A stretch of DNA of 9,357 nucleotides from a virus. Lineage: Duplodnaviria > Heunggongvirae > Uroviricota > Caudoviricetes. Below, one piece after another: positions 1-5,730 of this stretch (positions are counted from its first letter, which is position 1; the number at the start of each line of letters is the position of its first letter). The notes beneath the pieces are model-generated. The model had not been told where the DNA came from. It saw only the letters and a program-made list of their open reading frames with translations, and made no database searches. The DNA is taken from IMG/VR virus record IMGVR_UViG_2537562195_000004. One strand, written 5' to 3'. The position numbers and the translations under genes were made by a program.

Positions 1-1242
1 ATGGCGAGAAAAACACCCCCATTAACCACAGTACAGATCAAAGCAGCCAGACCAGCAGAAAAGGAATACACCCTACAGGACGGCGGAGGGCTTTTTCTCC
101 TGATCAAACCGTCCGGATCAAAACTCTGGAGATTTTCCTACTACCGACCATCGGACAAAAAAAGAATATTGCTGAGTTTTGGATCGCTTGATGATGTTTC
201 CCTGGCTGATGCCAGAAAACGCCGTAGCGAGTACAGGGCGTTAATTCGTGCCGGAACTGACCCGCAGGACCACGAGAGGCAAAAAAGAGAGACAGAGGCC
301 CGAAGACAAGGGAACACGTTCGAAAATGTGGCAACAGCATGGTACCAGGTGAAAATCAGCCAGAATCTGGCCCCCAATACGATTAAAGACATCTGGCGAT
401 CGCTGGAAAAATATGTATTCCCGTTCATCGGCAACACGCCAATAGACACCCTGACCGCTCGCAGGTTCGTTGAGGTGCTTACCCCCATCAAGGAACGTGG
501 CAACCTGGAAACGCTCAAGCGAGTTTTACAGCGTATAAATGAGGTAATGGATTACGCCGCCAATAGTGGGATGATTGATGCCAATCCGGCTATGAATGTG
601 CGTAAGGCGTTCCCCTCCCCTGTAAAAAAACATATGCCAACAATCCGCCCCGAACAGCTGCCGGAGCTTATGCAGGCTTTATCAGTATCGGCAACAGAAC
701 GGCAGACCAGATTACTGATTGAATGGCAGTTACTGACCGTAACCCGTCCCGTTGAAGCATCGTCGGCACGCTGGGAAGAAATCGACATGGAAGCGCAACG
801 CTGGACCATACCCGCCGGACGCATGAAGATGCGCCGCGACCACGTTATCCCGCTTTGTGACCAGGCTATGGCAGTGCTGGAGGCTATGAAACCAATCAGC
901 CACCACCGCGATTATGTTTTCCCGAGTCTGAAAGACCCACAGCAGCCGATGAACAGCCAGACCGCTAACGCAGCATTACGACGCATGGGATTCGCTGGCG
1001 TGCTGGTGTCTCATGGATTACGCGCCATATTCAGCACAGCAGCGAACGAAGAAGGCTTTGAGCCGGACGTAATAGAGGCCGCACTTGCCCACGTCGACAC
1101 CAACGAAGTCAGACGGGCATACAACCGGAGCAACTACATAGAAAAACGCATCGTGCTTATGCGCTGGTGGGGCGAATTTGTCGAGGCTGCGGCGACGGGC
1201 GTAACCCTCGCCAGTGGTAAAAGGGGTATCCGAGCCGTTTAG
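1..1242 (+). CDS. int: Tyrosine recombinase, P4-type integrase family (IntA/IntS-like)
   Basis: 413-aa ORF. N-terminus MARKTPPLT..IKAA.P..KEY.L.DGGGL.LLIK.SGSKLWRFSYY is the characteristic P4-type integrase N-terminal arm-binding domain. C-terminal region has HGLR and RAYNRSNY, consistent with the catalytic His/Arg and Tyr. Recognised from memory of the family. Confidence 0.93.
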   Translation: MARKTPPLTTVQIKAARPAEKEYTLQDGGGLFLLIKPSGSKLWRFSYYRPSDKKRILLSFGSLDDVSLADARKRRSEYRALIRAGTDPQDHERQKRETEARRQGNTFENVATAWYQVKISQNLAPNTIKDIWRSLEKYVFPFIGNTPIDTLTARRFVEVLTPIKERGNLETLKRVLQRINEVMDYAANSGMIDANPAMNVRKAFPSPVKKHMPTIRPEQLPELMQALSVSATERQTRLLIEWQLLTVTRPVEASSARWEEIDMEAQRWTIPAGRMKMRRDHVIPLCDQAMAVLEAMKPISHHRDYVFPSLKDPQQPMNSQTANAALRRMGFAGVLVSHGLRAIFSTAANEEGFEPDVIEAALAHVDTNEVRRAYNRSNYIEKRIVLMRWWGEFVEAAATGVTLASGKRGIRAV

Positions 1243-1326
1243 CTGTACAGAAAACCAGTAAAAACTACGAAACCCATTTAAAACCGTCGTATAATTGCAT
1301 CACATTTAACGACGAGGCCTTGAAAA

Positions 1327-1571
1327 ATGAAACTGTTAAGATGCAAACAAATTTCAGATGCAATTGCGACGGGCTGCAACTGGCCCTGATGGTTCAGCAT
1401 GAATTTTGGTCAACCTACGATCCGGAGGACAGAACGACGGCCCCATCAAAAAAACAGGTAGTAGATTTCCTGGTATCCCGTGGGGCTTCCAGAAATCTGG
1501 CTGTAAGTATTGATAAGGTTGTACGTCCGGCATCCATGAAGACCGGAGGCAGGCCAAAAAAATGGCGGTAA
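1327..1571 (+). CDS. Hypothetical small protein between int and alpA
   Basis: ATG at 1327 preceded by GAGG (1313-1316); track ORF 1320-1571. Followed by a clean intrinsic terminator. No family recognised. Confidence 0.4.
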
Positions 1572-1581
1572 CAATCCTGAA

Positions 1582-1606
1582 AGCGGCAGAAATGCCGCTT
1601 TTTTTA
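1582..1606 (+). terminator. Rho-independent terminator
   Basis: Stem AGCGGCA (1582-1588), loop GAAA, stem TGCCGCT (1593-1599), then T7 run (1600-1606). Confidence 0.6.
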
Positions 1607-1631
1607 TAAATCCCTTTCAAATCATCAATAT

Positions 1632-1662
1632 AAAAAACGGTGTATACCGTTTAAAAACGGTG
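1632..1662 (+). promoter_or_regulatory. Repeat-containing putative regulatory region upstream of alpA
   Basis: Direct repeats AAAAACGGTG at 1633-1642 and 1653-1662 (about two helical turns apart). Inverted repeat ACGGT-gtat-ACCGT at 1637-1650. AT-rich flank TATAAAAAA. Confidence 0.3.
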
Positions 1663-1738
1663 AGTACTGTTTTTCCCTGCATCCGATGATTTACCGTATT
1701 TCTCACCGGAATACACCGGATTAATGAGGTAAATCACG

Positions 1739-1945
1739 ATGGAAGCAATCAAAAAAGTCATCTTTCGCCAGGAAGTAAAAAAACTTATCCACATTAAGGC
1801 AGACAGCACGCTGCAAAGCATGATCAACGCCGGAGAATTCCCGCAGGGTTTTCGTGTCGGTTTGCGCCGTCGCGGATGGTATGAGGAAGACGTAATCGCA
1901 TGGATGAAAGAACGAGAACAAGAAGCGCGCGGAACGACCGCTTAA
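1739..1945 (+). CDS. alpA: AlpA-family phage regulatory protein (Vis/excisionase-like helix-turn-helix)
   Basis: 68 aa; pattern ..L..MI.AGEFP.G...G.R.RGW.E.DV..WM is typical of AlpA/Vis proteins next to P4-type integrases. GAGG RBS at 1726-1729. Confidence 0.85.
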   Translation: MEAIKKVIFRQEVKKLIHIKADSTLQSMINAGEFPQGFRVGLRRRGWYEEDVIAWMKEREQEARGTTA

Positions 1946-2066
1946 CATATATAGGGCAAATGATGAACATAAAAAAAGCGGCCCCGAAATGGAGCCACCT
2001 TTCTGAACAATTAACCCGCTGCGCCGTATGTGTCAACAATCATAAGCTTGGGCATGATAACCGCGA

Positions 2067-2270
2067 TCAGGCTGGTGGGCAATTATCTTTCTTGTTGGGG
2101 CCGTATTGTGCTGCCATTTTCATCCGTTCAGAACGTGAATATTTTTTTAGAAACTCATCAAGGACAAAAGCGCATGGTGCGAATCTTTCTGATTCATGCT
2201 CGAGCGCCATATTTTCGTGCTCTCTGTTCGTTTTTTGCGATGGTGTATCGGTTGATTCTTTATTGGTCAT
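2067..2270 (-). CDS. Hypothetical small protein, 'MTN' paralogue C (second gene of RHH cassette 1)
   Basis: 67 aa. Paralogous to 2721-2948: both start MTN + S/T/Q-rich N-terminus and share C-terminal motif F.L(D/E)(E/D)F(L/V).KY(S/P)R. Start preceded by conserved ACAGG. Family unknown. Confidence 0.45.
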   Translation of the reverse strand: MTNKESTDTPSQKTNREHENMALEHESERFAPCAFVLDEFLKKYSRSERMKMAAQYGPNKKDNCPPA

Positions 2271-2278
2271 TGTGTGTA

Positions 2279-2322
2279 CCTGTAAAGCAATGCGCCGTAG
2301 TACCTCACGCCACGGCGCTGAT
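2279..2322. repeat. 44-bp conserved palindromic intergenic element, copy 1
   Basis: cctgtaaagcaatGCGCCGTagtacctcacgccACGGCGCtgat; 43/44 identical to 2957-3000. 7-bp inverted repeat GCGCCGT (2292-2298) / ACGGCGC (2312-2318) with 13-nt loop. The single difference (2309) is in the loop. Confidence 0.8.
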
Positions 2323-2327
2323 GTTTT

Positions 2328-2501
2328 TTATCCTTTGGGTTCAATACCGCGTTGCTGTAATTCTTTTCGGAGTACTCGCTTGATCCAGGTGGCTAAAGAA
2401 GTGTCACCGTCTGCTTTCGCTGCCTCTTCAAGTTGTGCTCTGAATTCTTCTGGTAGCCGCATTTGGTATGGAGGCGATCGCTTTTCCAATGGTGTTGACA
2501 T
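2328..2501 (-). CDS. Ribbon-helix-helix (Arc/Mnt/MetJ-type) DNA-binding protein; not in the supplied ORF track
   Basis: Hand translation of the minus strand: MSTPLEKRSPPYQMRLPEEFRAQLEEAAKADGDTSLATWIKRVLRKELQQRGIEPKG (57 aa, stop at 2328-2330). Fits the Arc/Mnt beta-strand/helix/helix pattern (P.x.hRhP.E.....A...G.S.N..I...L). AGGG RBS; start abuts palindromic operators. Confidence 0.7.
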   Translation of the reverse strand: MSTPLEKRSPPYQMRLPEEFRAQLEEAAKADGDTSLATWIKRVLRKELQQRGIEPKG

Positions 2502-2543
2502 GGTAATTACCCTTAATTACTATAGTTACATGGTAATTACCAT
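2495..2543 (+). promoter_or_regulatory. Divergent promoter/operator region I: sigma70-like promoter overlaid by two GGTAATTACC palindromes
   Basis: -35 TTGACA (2495-2500), 17-bp spacer, -10 TACTAT (2518-2523). Perfect palindromes GGTAATTACC at 2502-2511 and 2532-2541 (second extends to ATGGTAATTACCAT, 2530-2543); centres 30 bp apart. A possible minus-strand -10 TATAGT for the RHH gene lies in the same region. Confidence 0.5.
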
Positions 2544-2568
2544 TGTACTTACCGTTATACAAAAAACA

Positions 2569-2680
2569 ACGCCCCGCAGTGGTGGCTCACATATGGGGCG
2601 TCTAACCAAACCATTAATTGAGGTAACGATTATGGCTATAAAAGAGCATAGCTTACTCTTTATACACACACAAACGCCCC
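2569..2680 (+). repeat. Leader module copy 1 (orphan): hairpin, RBS, ATG and ~16 codons homologous to the Icd-like gene leader
   Basis: Hairpin cgcccc (2570-2575) / ggggcg (2595-2600), then tctaaccaa, GAGG, ATG at 2632 encoding MAIKEHSLLFIHTQTP (compare MVAVNHIPHLVHTQTA at 3378). Similarity then ends. On the minus strand the hairpin is followed by TTGTTTTTT, so it is terminator-like for minus-strand transcription. Confidence 0.6.
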
Positions 2681-2681
2681 G

Positions 2682-2701
2682 GAAACGGAATAATCCGTTT
2701 C
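2682..2701 (-). other. Perfect 8-bp hairpin just 3' of the upstream MTN gene (putative RNA 3'-end structure)
   Basis: GAAACGGA-ataa-TCCGTTTC, 20 nt downstream of the stop of the 2721-2948 minus-strand ORF. Confidence 0.4.
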
Positions 2702-2720
2702 ATGGTTCCGTCTTGTGCAC

Positions 2721-2948
2721 TCATCCTGGCGGTCGGTTTTTGCCGGATTTAAGCCGCCGTGGGTATTTATCGACAAAATCTTCAAGGGCAAATTTTTCTG
2801 GTGGCACTAAGCGCGGCGCTGGTGGTGGTATTTTTGTTCTGGTTAGTTCTTCCTCAAGTCTGGCGCAGGCTTCTGACTGCCTTTGCCGGATGATTTCATC
2901 ATCTTGCGTTTGCGTGTCTTGTATTGGTGATAGTGTGTTGTTGGTCAT
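2721..2948 (-). CDS. Hypothetical small protein, 'MTN' paralogue B (second gene of RHH cassette 2)
   Basis: 75 aa, paralogous to 2067-2270. Preceded by conserved ACAGGG and the 44-bp element. Family unknown. Confidence 0.45.
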   Translation of the reverse strand: MTNNTLSPIQDTQTQDDEIIRQRQSEACARLEEELTRTKIPPPAPRLVPPEKFALEDFVDKYPRRLKSGKNRPPG

Positions 2949-2956
2949 GATACTGC

Positions 2957-3000
2957 CCTGTAAAGCAATGCGCCGTAGTACCTCACACCACGGCGCTGAT
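2957..3000. repeat. 44-bp conserved palindromic intergenic element, copy 2
   Basis: 43/44 identical to 2279-2322. Same position in a 57-bp spacer between an RHH gene stop and an MTN gene start. Confidence 0.8.
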
Positions 3001-3005
3001 AGTGA

Positions 3006-3185
3006 TTATTCTGATTCTTTGGCCTTGCGACGCTGGCGGCGTTTGATTTCGCCGCGCATGGCTGCGTTTATAAACTGCCCCGTGCTTTCACCTTCTTCTT
3101 TCACGTTCTCCATGCCTTCAATAATTTCATGGGCAATACGTGCAGTTACAGATTGTGATTTTGCATTCTTTGGCCCCGTTGCCAT
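3006..3185 (-). CDS. Small RHH-like DNA-binding protein (putative repressor of the Icd-like/rep operon promoter)
   Basis: Preferred start is the ATG at 3185 (MATGPKNAKSQSVTARIAHEIIEGMENVKEEGESTGQFINAAMRGEIKRRQRRKAKESE), preceded by GAGGGG at 6-nt spacing; the track start at 3224 lacks an RBS and would place operator copy O1 in coding sequence. Pattern VTARIAHEII....GES.GQFINAAM resembles Arc/Mnt. Fold assignment is by eye. Confidence 0.5.
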   Translation of the reverse strand: MATGPKNAKSQSVTARIAHEIIEGMENVKEEGESTGQFINAAMRGEIKRRQRRKAKESE

Positions 3186-3206
3186 GTTTAACCCCTCATG
3201 TTTTTG

Positions 3207-3287
3207 GTGTAAGACAATATACACGAAAAAAAAATATTTTGAAGGGTTGACGTGTAAGACACCGTTATTTTACATTGTGTCTTACAC
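3207..3287 (+). promoter_or_regulatory. Divergent promoter/operator region II: three copies of GTGTAAGACA(C) around a + strand promoter
   Basis: GTGTAAGACA at 3207-3216, GTGTAAGACAC at 3252-3262, inverted GTGTCTTACAC at 3277-3287 (the last two form an 11-bp perfect inverted repeat with 14-bp spacer). -35 TTGACG (3247-3252), 17-18 bp spacer, -10 TTACAT/TACATT (3270-3276). Same architecture as region I with different operator sequence. Confidence 0.5.
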
Positions 3288-3318
3288 CTTGTTGATGCAA
3301 GGTACAGAAAAGACGAAA

Positions 3319-3431
3319 CCCCGCAGTGCTGGAACACATACGGGGCTTCTAACCAACAACGTAAACGAGGAGCCGTTATGGTTGCCGTAAATCATATACC
3401 ACACCTTGTACACACACAAACTGCCTTTGTG
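3319..3431 (+). repeat. Leader module copy 2 (functional copy, upstream of and overlapping the Icd-like gene start)
   Basis: Hairpin ccccg (3319-3323) / cgggg (3341-3345), tctaaccaa, GAGGAG RBS, ATG at 3378. 33/39 identical to copy 1 over the hairpin core by manual alignment. On the minus strand the hairpin is followed by a U-rich stretch. Confidence 0.6.
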
Positions 3432-3578
3432 TGGCGTTTTCTGGCACTGAGTGCCGGAGAATCTCAAATCATCCACGTAACCGCCTGGACGGAACGCGAA
3501 GCGCGTAGCCGTTGCCCGTCCGGTTGTGTTGCTGTATTCGCTGCCCGTATTCGTCAGGGGGAAACCTATGCACAATAA
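3378..3578 (+). CDS. Small protein, probably Icd-like (host cell division inhibitor-like, as in P1 icd / P4 kil region)
   Basis: 66 aa; pattern F.WRF.A......II.V.A.TEREAR...P.G.V.VFAARI matches my recollection of Icd-like proteins annotated in P4-like prophages. Strong RBS. Family assignment from memory, not a search. Confidence 0.5.
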   Translation: MVAVNHIPHLVHTQTAFVWRFLALSAGESQIIHVTAWTEREARSRCPSGCVAVFAARIRQGETYAQ

Positions 3579-3798
3579 AACCACACCGGACGCAGCAGAA
3601 GAAGCAATGCAAATACTGATACGTGCGCTCGTTGATGTTACCCACATGGTGGAGATTATGGAGAGAAAATCACAGTCGGAGCACGACAAAAGAAAACTTA
3701 AAACAATAAAAATAATTGCCAAAAACTCGCTGATAAAAGTTACAGACATCCTTAATGAGGACATTAAAAGAATAAGGGAGAAAATTTGTGATGCATAA
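3568..3798 (+). CDS. Hypothetical small basic helical protein X1 (in AT-rich insert)
   Basis: ATG at 3568 with AGGGGGA RBS; overlaps the Icd-like stop by 11 nt. 76 aa, K/R-rich. Local GC about 33% against about 50-60% in flanks. No family recognised. Confidence 0.5.
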   Translation: MHNKTTPDAAEEAMQILIRALVDVTHMVEIMERKSQSEHDKRKLKTIKIIAKNSLIKVTDILNEDIKRIREKICDA

Positions 3799-4018
3799 AA
3801 TCCCTTTTGAAGTATTAATCCACTCTGAAAACGCATTAATTAAAGCACGCGAAATGAATGCGTTGTTAATTAAATTAATTGAAGTGCCGGAAGGTGGTGA
3901 GGAATCAGGTGTATTAATGTTTGCAGCCATTCAGACATTACTATCGCCTGTTATTGATGAACTGGATAAGGCAATGGCAATTCACGAAAATAATAACGCG
4001 CCCCACACCGGAGAATAA
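3791..4018 (+). CDS. Hypothetical small acidic helical protein X2 (in AT-rich insert)
   Basis: ATG at 3791 with AAGGGAG RBS; overlaps X1 stop by 8 nt (translational coupling). 75 aa, E/D-rich. No family recognised. Confidence 0.5.
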   Translation: MHKIPFEVLIHSENALIKAREMNALLIKLIEVPEGGEESGVLMFAAIQTLLSPVIDELDKAMAIHENNNAPHTGE

Positions 4019-4023
4019 AAATA

Positions 4024-4323
4024 ATGAAACTTAAATATTCTGGCTTAACTGCCAGTGGCAACACTCACCCTAAATTTACGCGCGGTGATATTTACCGCGA
4101 CCAGTACGGCGGCACGGTAATGATTAAGGGCGTGGCGGGACGGTGCGTAACTTACCGCCGTGAAGGTTACGAATATGATTGCGTGATGCCTGTTTATCAG
4201 TTCCGGCGTGATTTTTCTCTGGTACAGACCGCGCCGCATAACGTGCCCACCAGCAACGCCAGGGCACGGGCAAACATCCAGAAGCTGAAAACCATGATTA
4301 ACGGATTCAGGGGTAAAAAATGA
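4024..4323 (+). CDS. Hypothetical protein X3
   Basis: 99 aa; GGAG upstream. Stop TGA overlaps the rep ATG (ATGA at 4320-4323). No family recognised. Confidence 0.5.
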   Translation: MKLKYSGLTASGNTHPKFTRGDIYRDQYGGTVMIKGVAGRCVTYRREGYEYDCVMPVYQFRRDFSLVQTAPHNVPTSNARARANIQKLKTMINGFRGKK

Positions 4324-5729
4324 AACTGGCACCGAACGTAAAACTATTACCGAAAGACAAATACACCGATGCGATTATTTTTGCGGGTATTGATGCTCAC
4401 TCATTCGCAGAGCATTACATCATTGCACAGGCAAAAAAAGCAGGAGATCCAGTCCCTCCCGTTTATCTGGGGCGTTATCAGTTAAGCGAACTGGATAACC
4501 TCCAGATTGTTGATGATGGGCGATACAGGGCGACGGTGATACGCGCCGGAAATATTGAAGAGCCGCAGCTGTTAACCATCGCCACGAAACTGGCGATCGC
4601 CGGAGTCCAGGAGGCGCGGCTACTTTCTGAAAATTTCGAATTGCTGGAGGAATGGAGCGACCAGCTTCCACGGCTTAGGGAGGCATGGGAACGCGGGGAA
4701 AGCCTGGTCATGAAAAAAATCCCCCAGCGAAAAACCACGCTACCGATGAGCGTTGGATCTACCGGATACGACACACAGCTTGATTACGTGGTAAAGGGGA
4801 TTATTCCGGCATCGTCGCTTTGCAGCATATACGGGGCGAGCGGTTCCTATAAATCATTCCTTGCCGGATCGTGGGCGTGTCACGTTTCCACGGGCCGCCA
4901 GTGGGGAGGCCGCAGGGTGGCGCATGGCGCTGTTCTCTATGTGGTTGGTGAAGGCGGTATCGGCGTTCCGCGTCGTGTAAAAGCCTGGGAGGTTGTACAC
5001 GGGGAGCAGGTGAAAAATCTGTATCTGGTAAACCGTCCGGTCTTTCCGGCTGTCCCGCTTGATGTTGATGAACTGGTTATCGCTGCCCGTCAGGTGGAGC
5101 GGGAAACGGGTAAACCTGTACGCATGATTATTCTGGATACGCTGGCGCGGTGCTTTGGTGGCAATGATGAAAATGATTCCCGTGATATGGGGGCGTTTAT
5201 CCGTGGTTGTGACGAACTGAAACGGCGCACAGGGGCCACGGTGCTGGTGGTTCACCATTCCGGCAAGGATGAGACGAAAGGCGCGCGCGGTTCCAGTGCA
5301 TTTCGTGCTTCGCTGGATGCTGAATACCGGATACGCAGAGAGGACGCAGGCAGCGAAGCGCTGGTTATCTCATGCACCAAAATGAAGGACGCGGAGGAAC
5401 TCAAAGAAGCCGCATATGACTTACGCGTGGTGGAGCTTTTTACCGACGCTGACGGGGAGTTAATTACGTCGCTGGTGGTGGTGGATAAGCCGCGCCCTCC
5501 CGTTGAACTGGAGCGCATCGAGGAGGCAGGCAACAAGACGGAAAACCATACCGCGCTATGGGGGTGCATACGTTCACGCACACAGCACGGCGACAAGTGC
5601 ACGATCCCGCTGTTACGTGACGATATGAAAAAGCTGGGGTATGACACAAAACACCTTAAACGATGGTTAGCCAAACTGGAAAAAGACGACGTGATCTACA
5701 TTGACGGTGATGATGTAGGACCACTGTAA
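4320..5729 (+). CDS. RepA-like replicative ATPase/helicase (RecA-fold, AAA_25-type) with a C-terminal putative origin-binding domain
   Basis: 469 aa. Walker A GASGSYKS, Walker B RMIILD, and VLVVHHSGKD motif typical of AAA_25/RepA-like phage and plasmid helicases. Lies immediately upstream of the iteron array. Confidence 0.8.
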   Translation: MKLAPNVKLLPKDKYTDAIIFAGIDAHSFAEHYIIAQAKKAGDPVPPVYLGRYQLSELDNLQIVDDGRYRATVIRAGNIEEPQLLTIATKLAIAGVQEARLLSENFELLEEWSDQLPRLREAWERGESLVMKKIPQRKTTLPMSVGSTGYDTQLDYVVKGIIPASSLCSIYGASGSYKSFLAGSWACHVSTGRQWGGRRVAHGAVLYVVGEGGIGVPRRVKAWEVVHGEQVKNLYLVNRPVFPAVPLDVDELVIAARQVERETGKPVRMIILDTLARCFGGNDENDSRDMGAFIRGCDELKRRTGATVLVVHHSGKDETKGARGSSAFRASLDAEYRIRREDAGSEALVISCTKMKDAEELKEAAYDLRVVELFTDADGELITSLVVVDKPRPPVELERIEEAGNKTENHTALWGCIRSRTQHGDKCTIPLLRDDMKKLGYDTKHLKRWLAKLEKDDVIYIDGDDVGPL

Positions 5730-5730
5730 A

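Noticed and set aside
104-824. Minus-strand ORFs inside the integrase gene (104-340, 141-518, 552-824)
   Set aside because: Antisense to a well-supported integrase CDS; no RBS or recognisable features.
1946-2066. Searched for a terminator between the convergent alpA and MTN gene C
   Set aside because: Only an A7/T7 run next to a GC-rich segment (around 1970-1990) without a convincing stem; not reported as a feature.
2279-2322. Possibility that the 44-bp palindromic element is an ordinary REP/BIME unit
   Set aside because: It does not match the E. coli REP consensus as I remember it, and it occupies precisely equivalent positions in two paralogous cassettes. This cannot be excluded without a genome-wide search.
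2030-2383. 117-aa + strand ORF overlapping MTN gene C and the 44-bp element
   Set aside because: Antisense to better-supported minus-strand genes and crosses a conserved non-coding palindrome; hydrophobic low-complexity translation.
3006-3224. Longer start (ATG at 3224, MYIVLHQKHEGLN...) for the RHH-like gene
   Set aside because: No RBS, and it would put operator copy O1 (3207-3216) inside coding sequence. The ATG at 3185 has a strong GAGGGG Shine-Dalgarno.
1900-3390. 496-aa + strand ORF spanning the whole regulatory region
   Set aside because: The translation is low-complexity (Ser/Cys-rich) with no recognisable domain, and it lies antisense to four plausible minus-strand genes that have RBSs, paralogy and RHH motifs. 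I treat it as a shadow ORF. An open frame of this length is statistically unusual, and it coincides with all four minus-strand genes sharing one frame, so it is worth a check with coding-potential tools and homologue alignment.
3282-3836. 184-aa minus-strand ORF
   Set aside because: Antisense to the Icd-like and X1 genes and spanning promoter/leader region II; hydrophobic low-complexity translation and no RBS. Likely spurious.
4420-5674. Minus-strand ORFs inside the rep gene (4420-4671, 4478-4774, 4854-5258, 5252-5674, 5464-5649)
   Set aside because: Antisense shadow ORFs within a CDS that has clear Walker motifs.
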